Assembly: GCF_039654945.1 (NCBI RefSeq)
Contig: NW_027361751.1
Span: 4,030,001 to 4,094,000, forward strand
DNA length: 64,000 nucleotides
Direction: 5' to 3'
DNA from: Dendrobates tinctorius
Taxonomy: Eukaryota
The first letter of the stretch is position 1, and each line of letters starts with the position of its first letter. The notes below the pieces were generated by a model. The model had not been told where the DNA came from. It was given only the letters and a program-made list of their open reading frames with translations, and did no database searches. This document shows, one piece after another, positions 39,355-52,970 of this stretch. Both the position numbers and the translations under genes were made by a program.

Positions 39355-39531
39355 TTAAGATGTCTGTCCCAATTATTTTCTGCATAAAATGTATAGAATG
39401 TGCCAGCTGCAATTTAAAGAATGGCAAGTAACATTAAAGTTATGTGACATAATTGGTTACAACAAATTTCTCTGTCAAGCAATACAGTTGACTCTGCAAA
39501 GATTCAATCTCTTGCCCTAAACCTGCATCTA

Positions 39532-39741
39532 CAGTGCTGTGCAAAATAATTGGGAAAAGCATTTTTTTTAAGTAAAATTGTAAGTTGGTTACCAGTCAGT
39601 GATTCAAACCAGTTTTAACTGCTTTGAATGGGTGTGAGTGCCTGTTCAAAGCAATTAAAACTGGTTTGAATCACTGACTGGAAACCAACTTACAATTTTA
39701 CTTATAAAAATGCTTTGTCCCAATTAATTTGCACAGCACTG
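39532..39741. mobile_element. Hairpin Tc1-like MITE
   Basis: CAGTGCTGTGCAAA termini; near-perfect ~100-bp arms. Confidence 0.8.
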
Positions 39742-40692
39742 TGCATACCCTAGCTAAAGCAAGTGTGATGGTATCTCTTTGGAACTTAGACACATTTTCA
39801 GAATGCATTGCCATCTACACTGTGAGCACATTAGGCATTTTGTATTTTTCATGGTTAATTTTATTATTGTACCAAATAGATAATAGAGGGCGCTACAATA
39901 GTAGAAAGATGGAGAGAAGGACACCCGCTGCAAACAGAACACCACACCACAGTAACTTGTCAGAATTACCTAGATATAAATAAAATGCAAATGTTTGCGC
40001 TGTGATTATCCTTCTCAAAATGATAGGTTTTATCATAAAACTCTCAATTAGACTGTTTTCATGTCACATCCAATTAGTGGAGGATACAAAGGGAGATTTA
40101 CCTCACTCTGATCGCTGTAAACCCGGTTCTGAGGTATACCTCTACAGGAAGCGTTGTTTTCTGTGACACGGCAAATTCTGGTTAAGGTACTAAAGACTTA
40201 ATGATAGAATTCTTCTGGAGCGCTGTCCAGGCCGGTGACAGATGCTCCATACACTCTCAGTTCCAACGTTGCGCTAGTTCTCGAATTGTGACATATTGGT
40301 GTTATCGATAATAATGGCAGATTTCAAAGCTTATCTCTGCAAATGTGACTGATCAGCTAGTCCAGGGAACTATTAGGAGATGGTTGAAATTAACAACAGC
40401 ATCTTAACAAAGTTTTACTCTACAAATAGATTCTTCTAGAATATCAATATGCCAGGAAACAAAGTCTACTTAATCTGACTTAATACTGTTCCTGTTTTGC
40501 TCAGTTTGAGGTCAGTCTGGGTCAACATTTTTTAAGTGATCCAAAAATTTGGGTCCTGGAAATAGAACAAGATCCATAAAATGTCAACTTATGTTATTAT
40601 TAGTTTCACAATTGTTTAGTGTCAGTGGTGCAAAAGTAATATACTGTAGGTCAAACTTCCAGGATATTTTAATCACTACATGGAAGTATATA

Positions 40693-41490
40693 CCGTATAT
40701 ACTCGAGTATAAGTCGACCCGAGTATAAGCCGAAGCACCTAATTTTGCGACGGAAAACTGGATAAGCATATTGACTCGAGTATAAGCCGGGTATGCATTG
40801 TCCCCTCACCCCTGTCCTGGTATGCTTGACTCCCCCGTCCCTGTCCTGGTATGTATGACTCCCCCATCACTGTCCTGGTATACATGGCTCCCCGGTCCCT
40901 GTCATTGTATGCATGACTCCATGATCCTTGTGCTGCTATGCATGGCTCCCCGGTCCATGTCCTGCTATGCATGGCTCCCCCATCCCTGTCCTGGTATGCA
41001 TGGCTTCCTGGTACTTGTCCTGATATGCATGGCTCCCCCATCCCGTCCTGGTATGCATGGCTCCTCCATCCCGTCCTGGTATTCATGGCTCCTTATCCCC
41101 TATCCTACTCACATACCAGTGTGCCCTGCAGCATCTCAGTGGTCCCGGCGTCTTTGCAACATCTCCATGGTTCCGACTTTCAGCATCTCTTCCGGCGCGA
41201 TTATGTGGTGCCACTCATTAAGGTAATGAATATGCGCTAGAAAGTTTTTTTATTTTTATTGAAAGCGGCAAGCCGCAATATGTTTCGTTGGCAGGATGGA
41301 GACACATGGACCGTCTGTCTCCATCCTGCTCCATGACCCTGCACCATGATCCTGCACCATGTGACATGGGACAGGATTTAGACACATGGTGCAGGATTAT
41401 GAGTGCAGGATGGAGACATGAGGCAGGATGGAAACACCTTGTGCAGGATGGAGACATGATGCAGGATGGAGACATGGTGCAGGATAGAAA
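40693..41490 (+). mobile_element. pogo/Tc2-like non-autonomous element (one end visible) with internal minisatellites
   Basis: TA|CCGTATATACTCGAGTATAAG terminus, repeated CGAGTATAAGCCG; ~27-bp CCTGTCCTGGTATGCATGGCTCC repeats. Confidence 0.6.
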
Positions 41491-42086
41491 TTTCAAAAAC
41501 TGACCGTCACATCCAAGCATAAACATTGTGTGAACAGGTGCTTAACCTAGGGTCACCAACTCATATACATTCAAGCAAAAAAGGAAGCACACTGTAGCGC
41601 CATAACATGCAAATATGAAAAATGAATTGCATTACTGTATTAGAAATATGAAAAATTGAGAAAGTTTAGCGCATAAAATGGCCAAGTTATGTGTACCTGG
41701 AAGCCACGTTAAGGCATTTCTCGTTTTCCAGGTCCCTGTCTATGCCAATCCTCACTAAGACTGAAGTCTCCATCTGAAAGGGAACCTATGAAAAATCCTC
41801 TGTTTAGACTGAAGTCTATATCTCTGTGGAGGGGAAGTGGCCCTGCTTTGATTAAAAATGCCTGCGGTTAACAGGTGGAGTGCTCAGTCAGAAGGTAAAT
41901 GAATACAAATTTCAAAAACTGATATTTCTAATACAGTAATGCAATTCATTTTTCATTTTTCATATTTACATGTTATGGTGCTACAGTGTGCTTCCTTTTT
42001 TGCTTGAATGTATATGAGTTGGTGACTCTAGGTTAAGCACCTGTTCACACAATGTTTATGCTTGGATGTGACGGTCAGTTTTTGAA
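41491..42086. repeat. ~160-bp inverted repeat flanking a Penelope-like spacer
   Basis: 41491-41648 is the reverse complement of 41924-42086. Confidence 0.8.
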
Positions 42087-42312
42087 AAAAAAAAGCACAA
42101 TGGGCATGAGATTTCTATAAGTACTGTACACTTTGTTGGAAATGCAATATGCTGGGGTTTTTTGCCCAACAAAACTACACATTGGGAAATACTTATAGTG
42201 GGTAATTCACCTTAGGGATTCCACCGTTGCACCACCCTCTGGTAATACATAATTTAGCACCAGTCATGTTGACAAGTGATTGGTCTGTCATGTGACCTCA
42301 CGTTCCATCCGA

Positions 42313-42602
42313 AGCCTACTTTCACACTTGCGTTAGGAAGTGCAGCGGACGCTCGGCGTGAAGCTCCACCCTCTGCGGACCAATCATTGGTCCCTTCTGC
42401 GCCTCCTCCGGTCAGCTCCGCCTATGGGCGCATGACGTTGCATGCGACCTGCGTACCCTATCTTTAGCATTGGGTACGCAGGCTGTGCGCAGGTATGCTT
42501 TTGCCGGCGCATGCGTCCTTTTGACGGTGCGCCGACCTGCTCCAAACGCAACGTGTTGCATTTTGGTGCGGCCTGCTCCTAACGCAAGTGTGAAAGTAAC
42601 CT
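42313..42602. mobile_element. Harbinger-type MITE
   Basis: TACTTTCACACTTGCGTTAGGA / TCCTAACGCAAGTGTGAAAGTA termini. Confidence 0.7.
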
Positions 42603-42849
42603 AAGCAAAAGTTAACATCATTGGTCAGATCCTTACTAAGCAAGGTGTAGTCTTCCTAATATAGGTTGGCGGACACCTTATACTCATTTGCATCTAATTT
42701 AAAATTAAAGGAATTTTAAGATTATAATCACATAGCAAAAGTGCTACAGATTTTCTGGTTTGGTAGAAAATCCTCATGAAATACGGGCACAACAAAGTGG
42801 ATACAATTCTAACAAATCTAAACACGGTATATCTTCTAGCTTGGAAAAT

Positions 42850-43135
42850 TACATAGTTAAAGTTTAAAAGTATTTTATAGGTTGAAGGCGGACATAAGTT
42901 TATCGAGCTCAACCTATGGCCACACATGTTGATCCAGAGGCAGGCAAAAATTCCTTCCCAACTCCGCATACAGCAATCAGACTAGTTCCATGGATTAACA
43001 TCCAATCACAGAATCTAGTGCCCATAACCTGAAATATTAGTTTTTTCAAGAAAGGCATCCAGGCCTCCTTGTACATTTTTAGAAAGTCGAACATTACAAC
43101 CTCATGTGGCAGAGAGCTCATAGTCTCACTGCTCA
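42850..43135 (-). mobile_element. CR1 LINE 3' end
   Basis: Minus-strand SLPHEVVM...FL peptide end and CR1-like tail. Confidence 0.6.
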
Positions 43136-43337
43136 CTGGCTCCGTTCCCACATTGAGCTTTTGTTGCGTTTTTGACGCTGTGTAAGGAGATGGACATATT
43201 GTCCTGTTCCAACTTGCAATCATCAGTGCTGTGTACAATGTAAAGTGTGCACAGCACTGTGTGTGGATAATGTCGTGCGTGATGGTGATGAGTAGTGTGG
43301 ATTGTGATGTGGTGTATTGTAATATTTTGCACTGTAC

Positions 43338-44266
43338 TGTTAGGAAGTCGAGTTCTGCCCAGCAGTAAACAGTGAGTAGGATGAGTTAAGTGTTGGGACT
43401 AGCCCAAAGAGGGAGAGGCTATACAGCAGGATCAGAGAGGACTTCCTGGTAGTGACTCAGACAGGGCCTAGCTTGCAGCTAGAGCAGACATTTGGTCTGA
43501 GTGCTAACCGGTGCCACATGCAGTGGGTGTTCTGTCGCAATAGAGAAAGAAGATTCGGAAAGAGATAACGTAATCCTGAAAAATAGACCAAGACAGAGAG
43601 AGAGATTTACAGAGACACAAAGAGAAGGAGAGTGCCTGCTCAGAGGACCGACCAGAGAGCAGAGTGACCAAGTGAAAAGGGTCTGGGGAAGGTATGTGTC
43701 GCAGGAAGGCCCGAGTAGCTTACAGCTCTTAAAGGTAACAGGCCAGGATGGAATGGAACTAGAGATTAAGTAAGTTCCCCGAGCTGGAGTTCCCTAAGTG
43801 TCAGAGAGCTTGAAGCTGAGTCTGGACATATTGGCAAACCCTCTCCTCTACGAGGAGATTCAGACATGGAATGGCGGGAAGAGGAAATGGTTTTCACCGA
43901 CTGTACTGTAGTATTAAGCTAGGTGGTGGTGAAGGAAATGATACCAGTGGAGGCAGGAATGTGTTAGACCGAGGAAGTAACAAGACTGTGTATTGAGATG
44001 CTCTGTATTAATGAAGAAACGTGCGAGAAGTTGTGTACCCGCTATCCTGTGTACATAGCTGTCACACAATGGCTGTTTAGTAAAGCATCATTTGTTAAGA
44101 ACTGATGGTCTCCTTTCATGAACTGGTTAACATCTGGTCCAGGCAAGCCAACGTCATTGGTTACAACACAATTTCACCCACCCGGCCAGGATCCCTACCT
44201 TCATGTAAACATGGTTGTGAGAGAGGCACTACCTCGCCCACAGCTACCACCCCACGCCATGCTACA
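43338..44266 (+). mobile_element. Probable solo LTR
   Basis: TGTTAGG...GCTACA termini, GA-rich interior, AGTAAA; TSD not resolved. Confidence 0.4.
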
Positions 44267-44621
44267 GCTGCAGAATTTCTACACCCTTTCTATACCTATT
44301 ATTTCAGTTAGGTAACTTGTGTTATTTCATTGCATTTTTGTGTACGTTTTTTTTATATGCAATTTTTCTGAGAGATCAGAAAAAGCGTTCCAAGCCCTCT
44401 TTTCAGACAGTCATAACAAACTGACTGATGGATTCTCAGGTAACTCATTCTGCAGCCGGCAACAGACCCAGACATGATAGAAGGCAAACGGTGCAACATT
44501 TTGAATGAAACAAGAGTGCAAAAATTATTTAGCCCCGATTACATGCATTTGATCAATCCACTGACTCCTACTCAGTCCTCTTAAAGGCAGTTTAGAAAAC
44601 TGTTTTTTTAATATTCTGTTA

Positions 44622-45009
44622 GGCTAGTTTCACACTAGCGCTTTTGAGCGCAGCGACGGCCTGCGCACGGCTGCTGCTAAGCCCCGCCCCTGCCACGCCT
44701 CCGCCGGTAGCTCCGCCTACCGGCGCATGATGCTGCATGCATCCTGCGTCCCCTATCTTTATCACTGGGGGCACAGGCTGCTGCTGCAGCTTGGTTGCGC
44801 TCAGCGCACTGTCAAAAAGGCGCATGCGCCGCCAAACGCATACTGCGCACGGCCTGCGCCCCCAGTGATAAAGATAGGGGACGCAGGACGCATGCAGCGT
44901 CATTCGCCGGTAGGCGGAGCTACCGGCGGAGGCACGGCAGGGGGCGGGGCTTAGCGGCAACCGTGTGCAGGCCGTTGCTGCGCTCAAAAGCGCTAGTGTG
45001 AAACTAGCC
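44622..45009. mobile_element. Palindromic PIF/Harbinger-type MITE
   Basis: TIR GGCTAGTTTCACACTAGCGC, TTA TSD on both sides, ~170-bp arms. Confidence 0.88.
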
Positions 45010-45119
45010 TTAGTTATTTCTGAGTTAAAAAATGGGGGAGTCCCTAATTTCTTAGACACAATGGAGAATGGTTACAAAGAGTGTTTCTCACTCTGGAGGA
45101 TGTGTCCTGTTATACATTA

Positions 45120-45483
45120 CGGGGTTGTCAGGGACTTTTAACATTGATGGCCTATCCTTTCAGTGGCAGTTCGATACTCGGTAAGCCCGACGATCAACTG
45201 TTCCCCATGTTAGGGGTGGCCAGAACTGCTCAGTTACGGAACTGCACAGCACAGCTCCATCTCCGAAACAGTGACCGTAATCGGGTACTACACATCCGCC
45301 TCTATTGATCTGAATGGGGGGCGGATGTGCAAACTACACAGGCCACGGATCTGTTCCATGCAGATCCGTAACCGAGCAATTCCAGCTGCCGCCAACAGCC
45401 GGGAATGGCTGATCGGTGGGGGTGTTGGGTGTCGTAGACATCCTAAGGTTAGTTCATCTATGTTAAAGTCCCAGACAACACCT
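45120..45483. mobile_element. T2/Kolobok-type MITE
   Basis: GGGGTTGTCAGGGACTTT / AAAGTCCCAGACAACACCT|TTAA. Confidence 0.6.
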
Positions 45484-46629
45484 TTAAACAGACAAGACAT
45501 TGACACAAGTAGACTGTGTAATGCTTATTTTCTCCTGTGATGGCACAGTAGAGAGACTTAATACTTGCTACAATGCTCCCTTACAGATCACAACTGATTG
45601 CTGGGGGTCCTAAAAGGTGGACATTAAGTAAAATCGGTTTATTGTTAAGAGGACTGTCTGGTAAGAAGCTGTCCAGAGCTGAGAACCCCCTTTTAACTGC
45701 CATCAATATTCCCTCCGAATATTCTGAGCTGAAGCCGATAGCGTCAATACATTTTAAGGAATACGAGGCAATTGGACCAGCTCAGGGACTAAAGCAATCT
45801 TCTTACATACACCTGGTATAATACTAAATTAAGAATGTCAAATCCGCAGGATCACATTAAATACAAAAAAGTTAGATCAACTTGGAAAACAAAATAATAT
45901 ATTCATGTAGAAAGTAGAATGCTTAAGACCAATTAGGGGAGCGTTCCTGATCGAGGTTGGGCACTAAATCCCCGATCATAGATTGCAATATTCTAGATAA
46001 CAAGAACAGTCTATCAGGGTAACCTGTGTGTGCCCAGACTCAGGACGACTCGCTTTATACATTCTTTATTTGGTGGCTGAGTCTGTACGGCGCGCTTCTG
46101 AAAATAGAAATACTATCGGAAAACTAGAATTACAAATACAAGCCGGCCAACATCCTGTGTATATCACCAGCATAAACATGACTGATAGAAGCGGTGATTG
46201 GGAGTGTGTGCTTTACTAATGAGTGGAAGGCATCCAGATAGAGTAATTGTACATCCTCATGCACATATCGACTATACATGGCCCCCGCCTTATATCTGGG
46301 GTGCGCTTGGTTATAGTCCCAGAAGTAGAGGAAGAGAAGCATTCACTAGGCCACATACAACATCCATTTACAGTATCTGGAAAAAATTAAAAAATATTCC
46401 ACAACAAACTATAAAATTATTTACGAATGTGCTGTATCCTCCCGCTGCGCTCTAGAACAATGCAAACCTTATGGGAAATGTTCTAAGCATTTAGAACATG
46501 TAGTATGACCGTTGAACACTTGTACTTGCTCTGGTACATTGGGTATAACTATCAATGGGTTTTGGGAAAAAGCTCCAAACCAACACTGCAGAATATGTAC
46601 AACGAGATAGTAAAGATTGGGTAAAAACA

Positions 46630-47285
46630 TTTAGAATAACAGGTTCCAACAAGCGCCGGGAAAATATTAAAAAAAAAATCATTTTGCTCTTTAAAATAAT
46701 AATAAAAAGAATAAAATAGAATCACTTTCATTTCGAGCACTGAGGCTGTTACTCATAGCACTGTAGCTATATCCGCAATGTGTGTCTGACGCCATCCAAC
46801 CTGTTTTTTCAAACCAATCTCCATCCTGATATATCACAAAATCGCAAAAGAATAGGTCAAAACTGATATATAAAGTTTATAAAATTGAACTAATTCAATC
46901 TTTATACTTAATTTAACAGAAATAAAGTAAGTCTGTTCTGGAATTCAGCACGAATCTCGATATGTAAAATCCAATAGGTTTCAAGGCCCTGAGTGGTCGA
47001 AACGCGTCGGCCGAGTAGTTCTATTTTATTACCCCTTCAGTATTATTTTAAAAAACAATAAAATATATATATTTTTTTAAATATTTTCCCTATGGCTATT
47101 GGAGCCTGTTGTTCTATACATTTCTTCCTACCTAGGAACCGGTCCATGGTTTATGTCTTTGCAATGCACCGAGCAAGATTACCTAAGTACCGGATCTGGT
47201 GAGCTGATGTGATTTCAGGTTTTTTTTGCTTTGCTGATGTCTACACCGTCGGTTGGTTGACTTTATGGACAACTTTTTTACATAC
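46630..47285. mobile_element. Penelope-like inverted-repeat remnant ending in (TA)n
   Basis: About 46637-46747 is inverted relative to about 46985-47110; GGCC-CTGAGT-GGTC-GAAACGC-GTC-GGCC hammerhead-like fragment at 46985-47012. Confidence 0.5.
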
Positions 47286-47287
47286 AG

Positions 47288-47325
<38 letters not shown>

Positions 47326-48364
47326 TATATATGCTGTATATACACAGTATATAAATATATTATAGAATTTTATAAAATTTATATAATTTTGGTTAGAATT
47401 ATAGCTATGATAGAGTAGAACTTGCATTCCCGCATCAAGACATTCTTCCATGAGCTTGGTGTCTCCATGGTTAATAGTGACGGGTTCTTGGGTGTAAATT
47501 TGCCTAGGATCTGTATATACTTTGCATGTTCCCCTTGGGATACAAGGCATTTGTCCTGGGTGCTGGTTGGGCACCAAAGGAACCAGCAGCAAAAACTAGT
47601 AATAAAGATTTTATAGGGAGACACATTTTATTACTCGACTCACTTTGCAGGAGAAGTAGTGCAGGCTAATATATGGGCTGCTCAACATATGCACACAGGG
47701 ATTGAGATGTATTATTTTGGAAGACAGGCGTAATGTGGACCTTTGAATGGATGAAAAATCTTAACTTTGTCATTTTTGTTCTCCCTGTTCTTGCGAAGGT
47801 TTTCTATAGGAGTTCCAGTTGAATCCAGGCATATGTGAAAAGCTTACATAGGTTTTTTACCAACCGCCCCGTATAGAGTGAAGGTCGGTTCATGGGAGAC
47901 AGATACTGGTGCGTGGTGCTAAATAATGTGAAATAAAAATATGTATAGTGAATCCAATTACTTATCTCTAAGGCAATGTCCATGTTCCATTTATAGCACA
48001 CAGCAATGGTGTACCCCGGGAGGGTCTCCAGAAGAATACCTCCGACAGACGGCTGCAATGTGTCCTATTGTTTAGGCATACGGTAGAATACATCATCCAC
48101 ATGCTTCCATTGTAAGGAAAACGTATATAATGGGATGTAGCTTTATTACGGTGTCCCTATTGATATCAATTGTATTTGACTACACTTTCCTACACTGTGA
48201 AAAAAACTATGAAGGCACAAGGGGAATGAGAAAGGCCAAAAGGACGTAGGGTTCATGAATGAAGGCCCATGGATGGATTTAGCACATAGGCCGGAAGCCT
48301 TTCCTGGGAAATACACCATACGTTATGTGAACACAGCCATATCGGAATCATTTTAAGCTGTGTT

Positions 48365-51300
48365 CACGATTCACACTTCTTCCTACATGGTGTCGGAGCA
48401 GTCTCACACGCCTTCCTACAAGGTGTCGGAGCAGTCTCACACTCGTTTGTACAAGGTGTCGGGACAGTATCACCAGGGCCGGCCCGAGAGATTACGGCGC
48501 CCTAGGCGAAACTATTTTGTTGCGCCCCTACTATTCTTGGCAGTAGATGAAAACTTGGGATATAAATTTAGGAGCAAAATAAACCACAACAACAATGATT
48601 AATTAACTCTCTCCTAACTCTTTAATCTTCTGAGAAGTTGTATAGGACAAATATATACAAAGTAGTCAATAACACAAAACAAAAACGACCATAGGTAATT
48701 AAAATTTTTGTTTCCTTGCCTTTTTTTTGGAAAAGGATGGCACTAAGTCACCGAGATTAATTTGTTTAGCAACTTCAGATTCTATCGAAATTGTTGCCAA
48801 CCCAACCAACCTCTCTTGCGTCATATTTGCCCTTAAATATGTACACTTTTCTTTCCATCCCTAAAACTTTTTGCCTTTTGAAAAGATTTTTTATAATTTT
48901 TTCTATTTTTTCTCTGGCTCCCCCTTTGGGTCGGCGCCCTAGGCGGCTGCCTAGTTCGCCTATACGTTCGGGCCGGCCCTGAGTATCACACTCCTTCCTA
49001 CAAGGTGTCAGAGCAGTCTCACACTCCTTCCTACAAAGTGCCGGCGCAGTCTCACACTCCTTCCTACAAAGTGCCGGAGCAGTCTCACACTCATTCATGC
49101 AAGGTGTCGGAGCAGTCTCACACTCCATCCTACACAGTGTCAGAGCAGTCTCACACTCCTTCCTACAAGGTGTCAAAGCAGTCTCACACTCCTTCCTACA
49201 AAGTGCCGGAGCAGTCTCACACTCATTCATACAAGGTGTCGGAGCAGTCTCACACTCATTCATACAAGGTGTCGGAGCAGTCTCACACTCCTTTGTACAA
49301 AGTGTCGGAGCAGTCTCACACGCCTTCCTACAAGGTGTCGGAGCAGTCTCACACGCCTTCCTACAAGGTGTCGGAGCAGTCTCACACTTCTTCCTACAAG
49401 GTGTCAGAGCAGTCTCACACTCCTTCCTACAAAGTCCCGGAGCAGTCTCACACTCCTTCCTACAAGGTGTCAGAGCAGTCTCACACTCCTTCCTACAAAG
49501 TGCCGGAGCAGTCTCACACTCCTTCCCACAAAGTGCCGGAGCAGTCTCACACTCATTCATACAAGGTGTCGGAGCAGTCTCACACTCCATCCTACACGGT
49601 GTCAGAGCAGTCTCACACTCCTTCCTACAAGGTGTCAAAGCAGTCTCACACTCCTTCCTACAAGGTGTCGGAGCAGTCTCACACTCCTTCCTACAAAGTG
49701 CCGGAGCAGTCTCACACTCATTCATACAAGGTGTTGGAGCAGTCTCACACTCCATCCTACACGGTGTCAGAGCAGTCTCACACTCCTTCCTACAAGGTGT
49801 CAAAGCAGTCTCACACTCCTTCCTACAAGGTGTCGGAGCAGTATCACACTCCTTCCTACAAAGTGCCGGAGCAGTCTCACACTCATTCATACAAGGTGTT
49901 GGAGCAGTCTCACACTTCTTCCTACAAGGTGTCGGAGCAGTCTCACACTCCTTCCTACAAAGTGCCGGAGCAGTCTCACACTCATTCATACAAGGTGTCG
50001 GAGCAGTCTCACACTCCTTTGTACAAAGTGTCGGAGCAGTCTCACACGCCTTCCTACAAGGTGTCGGAGCAGTCTCACACTCCTTTGCACAAGGTGTCGG
50101 AGCAGTCTCACACTTCTTCCTACAAGGTGTCGGAGCAGTCTCACACTCATTCATACAAGGTGTTGGAGCAGTCTCACACTTCATCCTACACGGTGTCAGA
50201 GCAGTCTCACATTCCTTCCTACAAGGTGTTGGAGCAGTATCACACTCCTTCATACAAGGTGTCGGAGCAATTTCACACTCCTTCATACAAGATGCCGGAG
50301 CTGTCTCGCACTCTTTCATACAAGATGTCTGATCAGTTTCACACTCTTTCATACAAGGTGTTGGAGCAATTTCACACTCCTTCATACTAGGTGTCGGAGC
50401 AGTCTCAGACTCCTTTCTACAAGGTGTCAGAGCAGTCTCACACTCCTTCATACAAGGTGTTGAAGCAGTCTCATATTCCTTTGTACAAGGTGTCGGAGCA
50501 GTCACACATTCCTTCCTACAAGGTGTCGGAGCAGTCTCACATTCCTTCCTACAAGGTGTCGAAGCAGTCTCACACTCCTTCCTACAAGGTGTCAGAGCAG
50601 TCTCACACTCCTTCATACAAGGTGTCGAAGCCGTCTCACACTCCTTCCTACAAGGTGCCGGAGCAGTATCACACTCCTTCCTACAAGGTGCCGGAGCAGT
50701 CTCACACTCCTTCATACAAGGTGTCGGAGCTGTCTCATACTCCTTCCTACAAGGTGTTGAAGCAGTCTCATATTCCTTTGTACAAGGTGTCGGAGCAGTC
50801 TCACATTCCTTCCTACAAGGTGTCGGAGCAGTCTCACACTCCTTCCTACAAGGTGTCGGAGCAGTATCATACTCCTTTGTACAAGGTGTTAGAGCAGTCT
50901 CATACTCTTTTGCACATGTACAAGGTGTCGGAGCAGTCTCATACTCCTTCGCACAAGGTGTCAGAGCAGTCTCATACTCCTTCCTATAAGGTGTCGGAGC
51001 AGTCTCATACTCCTTTGTACAAGGTGTCGGAGCAGTCTCGCACTCCTTCCTACAAGGTGTTGGAGCAGTCTCATACTCCTTTGTACCAGGTGTCAGAGCA
51101 GTCTCACACGTCTTCCTACAAGGTGTCGGCGCAGTCTCACACTCCTTCCTACAAGGTGTCAGAGCAGTCTCATACTCCTTCCTACAAGGTGTCGGAGCAG
51201 TCTCACACTCCTTCCTACAAGGTGTCGGAGCAGTCTCACACGCCTTCCTACAAGGTGTCGGAGCAGTCTCACACTCCTTCCTACAAGGTGTTGGAGCAGT

Positions 51301-52970
51301 CTCATACTCCTTTGTACCAGGTGTCAGAGCAGTCTCACACGTCTTCCTACAAGGTGTCGGAGCAGTCTCACACTCCTTCCTACAAGGTGTCGGAGCAGTA
51401 ACACACTCCTTCCCACAAGGTGTCGGAGCAGTCTCACACGCCTTCCTACAAGGTGTCGGAGCAGTCTCACACTTCTTTGTACAAGGTGTTGGAGCAGTCT
51501 CACACTCCTTTGTACAAAGCATTGGAGCAGTTTCACACTCCTTTGTACAAGGTGTCGGAGCTGTCTCGCACTCTTTCGTACAAGGTGTTGTAGCAGTCTC
51601 ACACTCCTTCATACAAGGTGTTGGAGCAGTCTCACACTCCATCCTTCAAGATGTCGGAGCAGTCTCACACTCCTTCCTACAAGGTGTTGAAGCAGTCTCA
51701 CACTCCTTCATACAAGGTGTTGGAGCAGTCTCACACTCCTTCCTACACGGTGTCAGAGCAGTCTCACACTCCTTCCTACAATGTGTCGGAGCAGTATTAC
51801 ACTCCTTCCTACAAGATGTCGGAGCAGTCTCACACTCCTTCCTACAAGATGTCGGAGCTGTCTCGCACTCTTTCATACAAGATGTCTGATCAGTTTCACA
51901 CTCCTTCATACAAGGTGTCGGAGCAGTCTCAGACTCCTTCCTGCAATGTGTCGGAGCAGTCTCACACTCCTTCATACAAGGTGTTGAAGCAGTCTCATAT
52001 TCCTTTGTACAAGGTGTTGGAGCAGTCACACATTCCTTCCTACAAGGTGTCGGAGCAGTCTCACATTCCTTCCTACAAGGTGTCGAAGCAGTCTCACACT
52101 CCTTCCTACAAGGTGTCAGAGCAGTCTCACACTCCTTCCTACAAGGTGTCGAAGCAGTCTCACACTCCTTCCTACAAGGTGTCAGAGCAGTCTCACACTC
52201 CTTCCTACAAGGTGTCGGAGCAGTCTCACACTCCTTCCTGCAAGGTGTCGAAGCAGTCTCACACTCCTTCCTACAAGTGTCGGAGCAATTTCACACTCCT
52301 TCATACAAGGTGTCGGAGCTGTCTCATACTCCTTCCTACAAGGCGTTGAAGCAGTCTCATATTCCTTTGTACAAGGTGTCGGAGCAGTCTCGCATTCCTT
52401 CCTACAAGGTGTTGAAGCAGTCTCACACTCCTTCCTACAAGGTATCGGAGCAGTCTCGCACTCCTTCCTACAAGGTATCGGAGCAGTATCATACTCCTTT
52501 GTACAAGGTGTTAGAGCAGTCTCTTACTCTTTTGTACATGTACAAGGTGTCGGAGCAATCTCATACTCTTTCCTACAAGGTGTTGGAGCAGTCTCATACT
52601 CCTTTGTACCAGGTGTCAGAGCAGTCTCACACTTCTTCCTACAAGGTGTCGGAGGAGTCTCAGACTCCTTCATACAAGGTGTCGGAGCTGTCTCATACTC
52701 CTTCCTACAAGGTGTTGGAGCAGTCTCATACTCCTTTGTACAAGGTGTCGGAGCAGTCTCGCACTCCTTCCTACAATTTGTTGGAGCAGTCTCATACTCT
52801 TTTGTACAAGGTGTCGGAGCAGTCTCGCACTCCTTCCTACAATTTGTTGGAGCAGTCTCATACTCCTTTGTACAAGGTGTCGGAGCAGTCTCGCACTCCT
52901 TCCTACAAGGTGTTGGAGCAGTCTCATACTCCTTTGTTCAAGGTGTCGGAGCAGTCTCACTCTCCTTCTT
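48365..52970. repeat. 33-bp minisatellite, about 120 copies (CAAGGTGTCGGAGCAGTCTCACACTCCTTCCTA)
   Basis: Directly visible; interrupted near the left edge by an hAT MITE. Confidence 0.97.
48474..48981. mobile_element. hAT-type MITE
   Basis: TIR CAGGGCCGGCCCGA; exact 8-bp TSD AGTATCAC. Confidence 0.9.
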
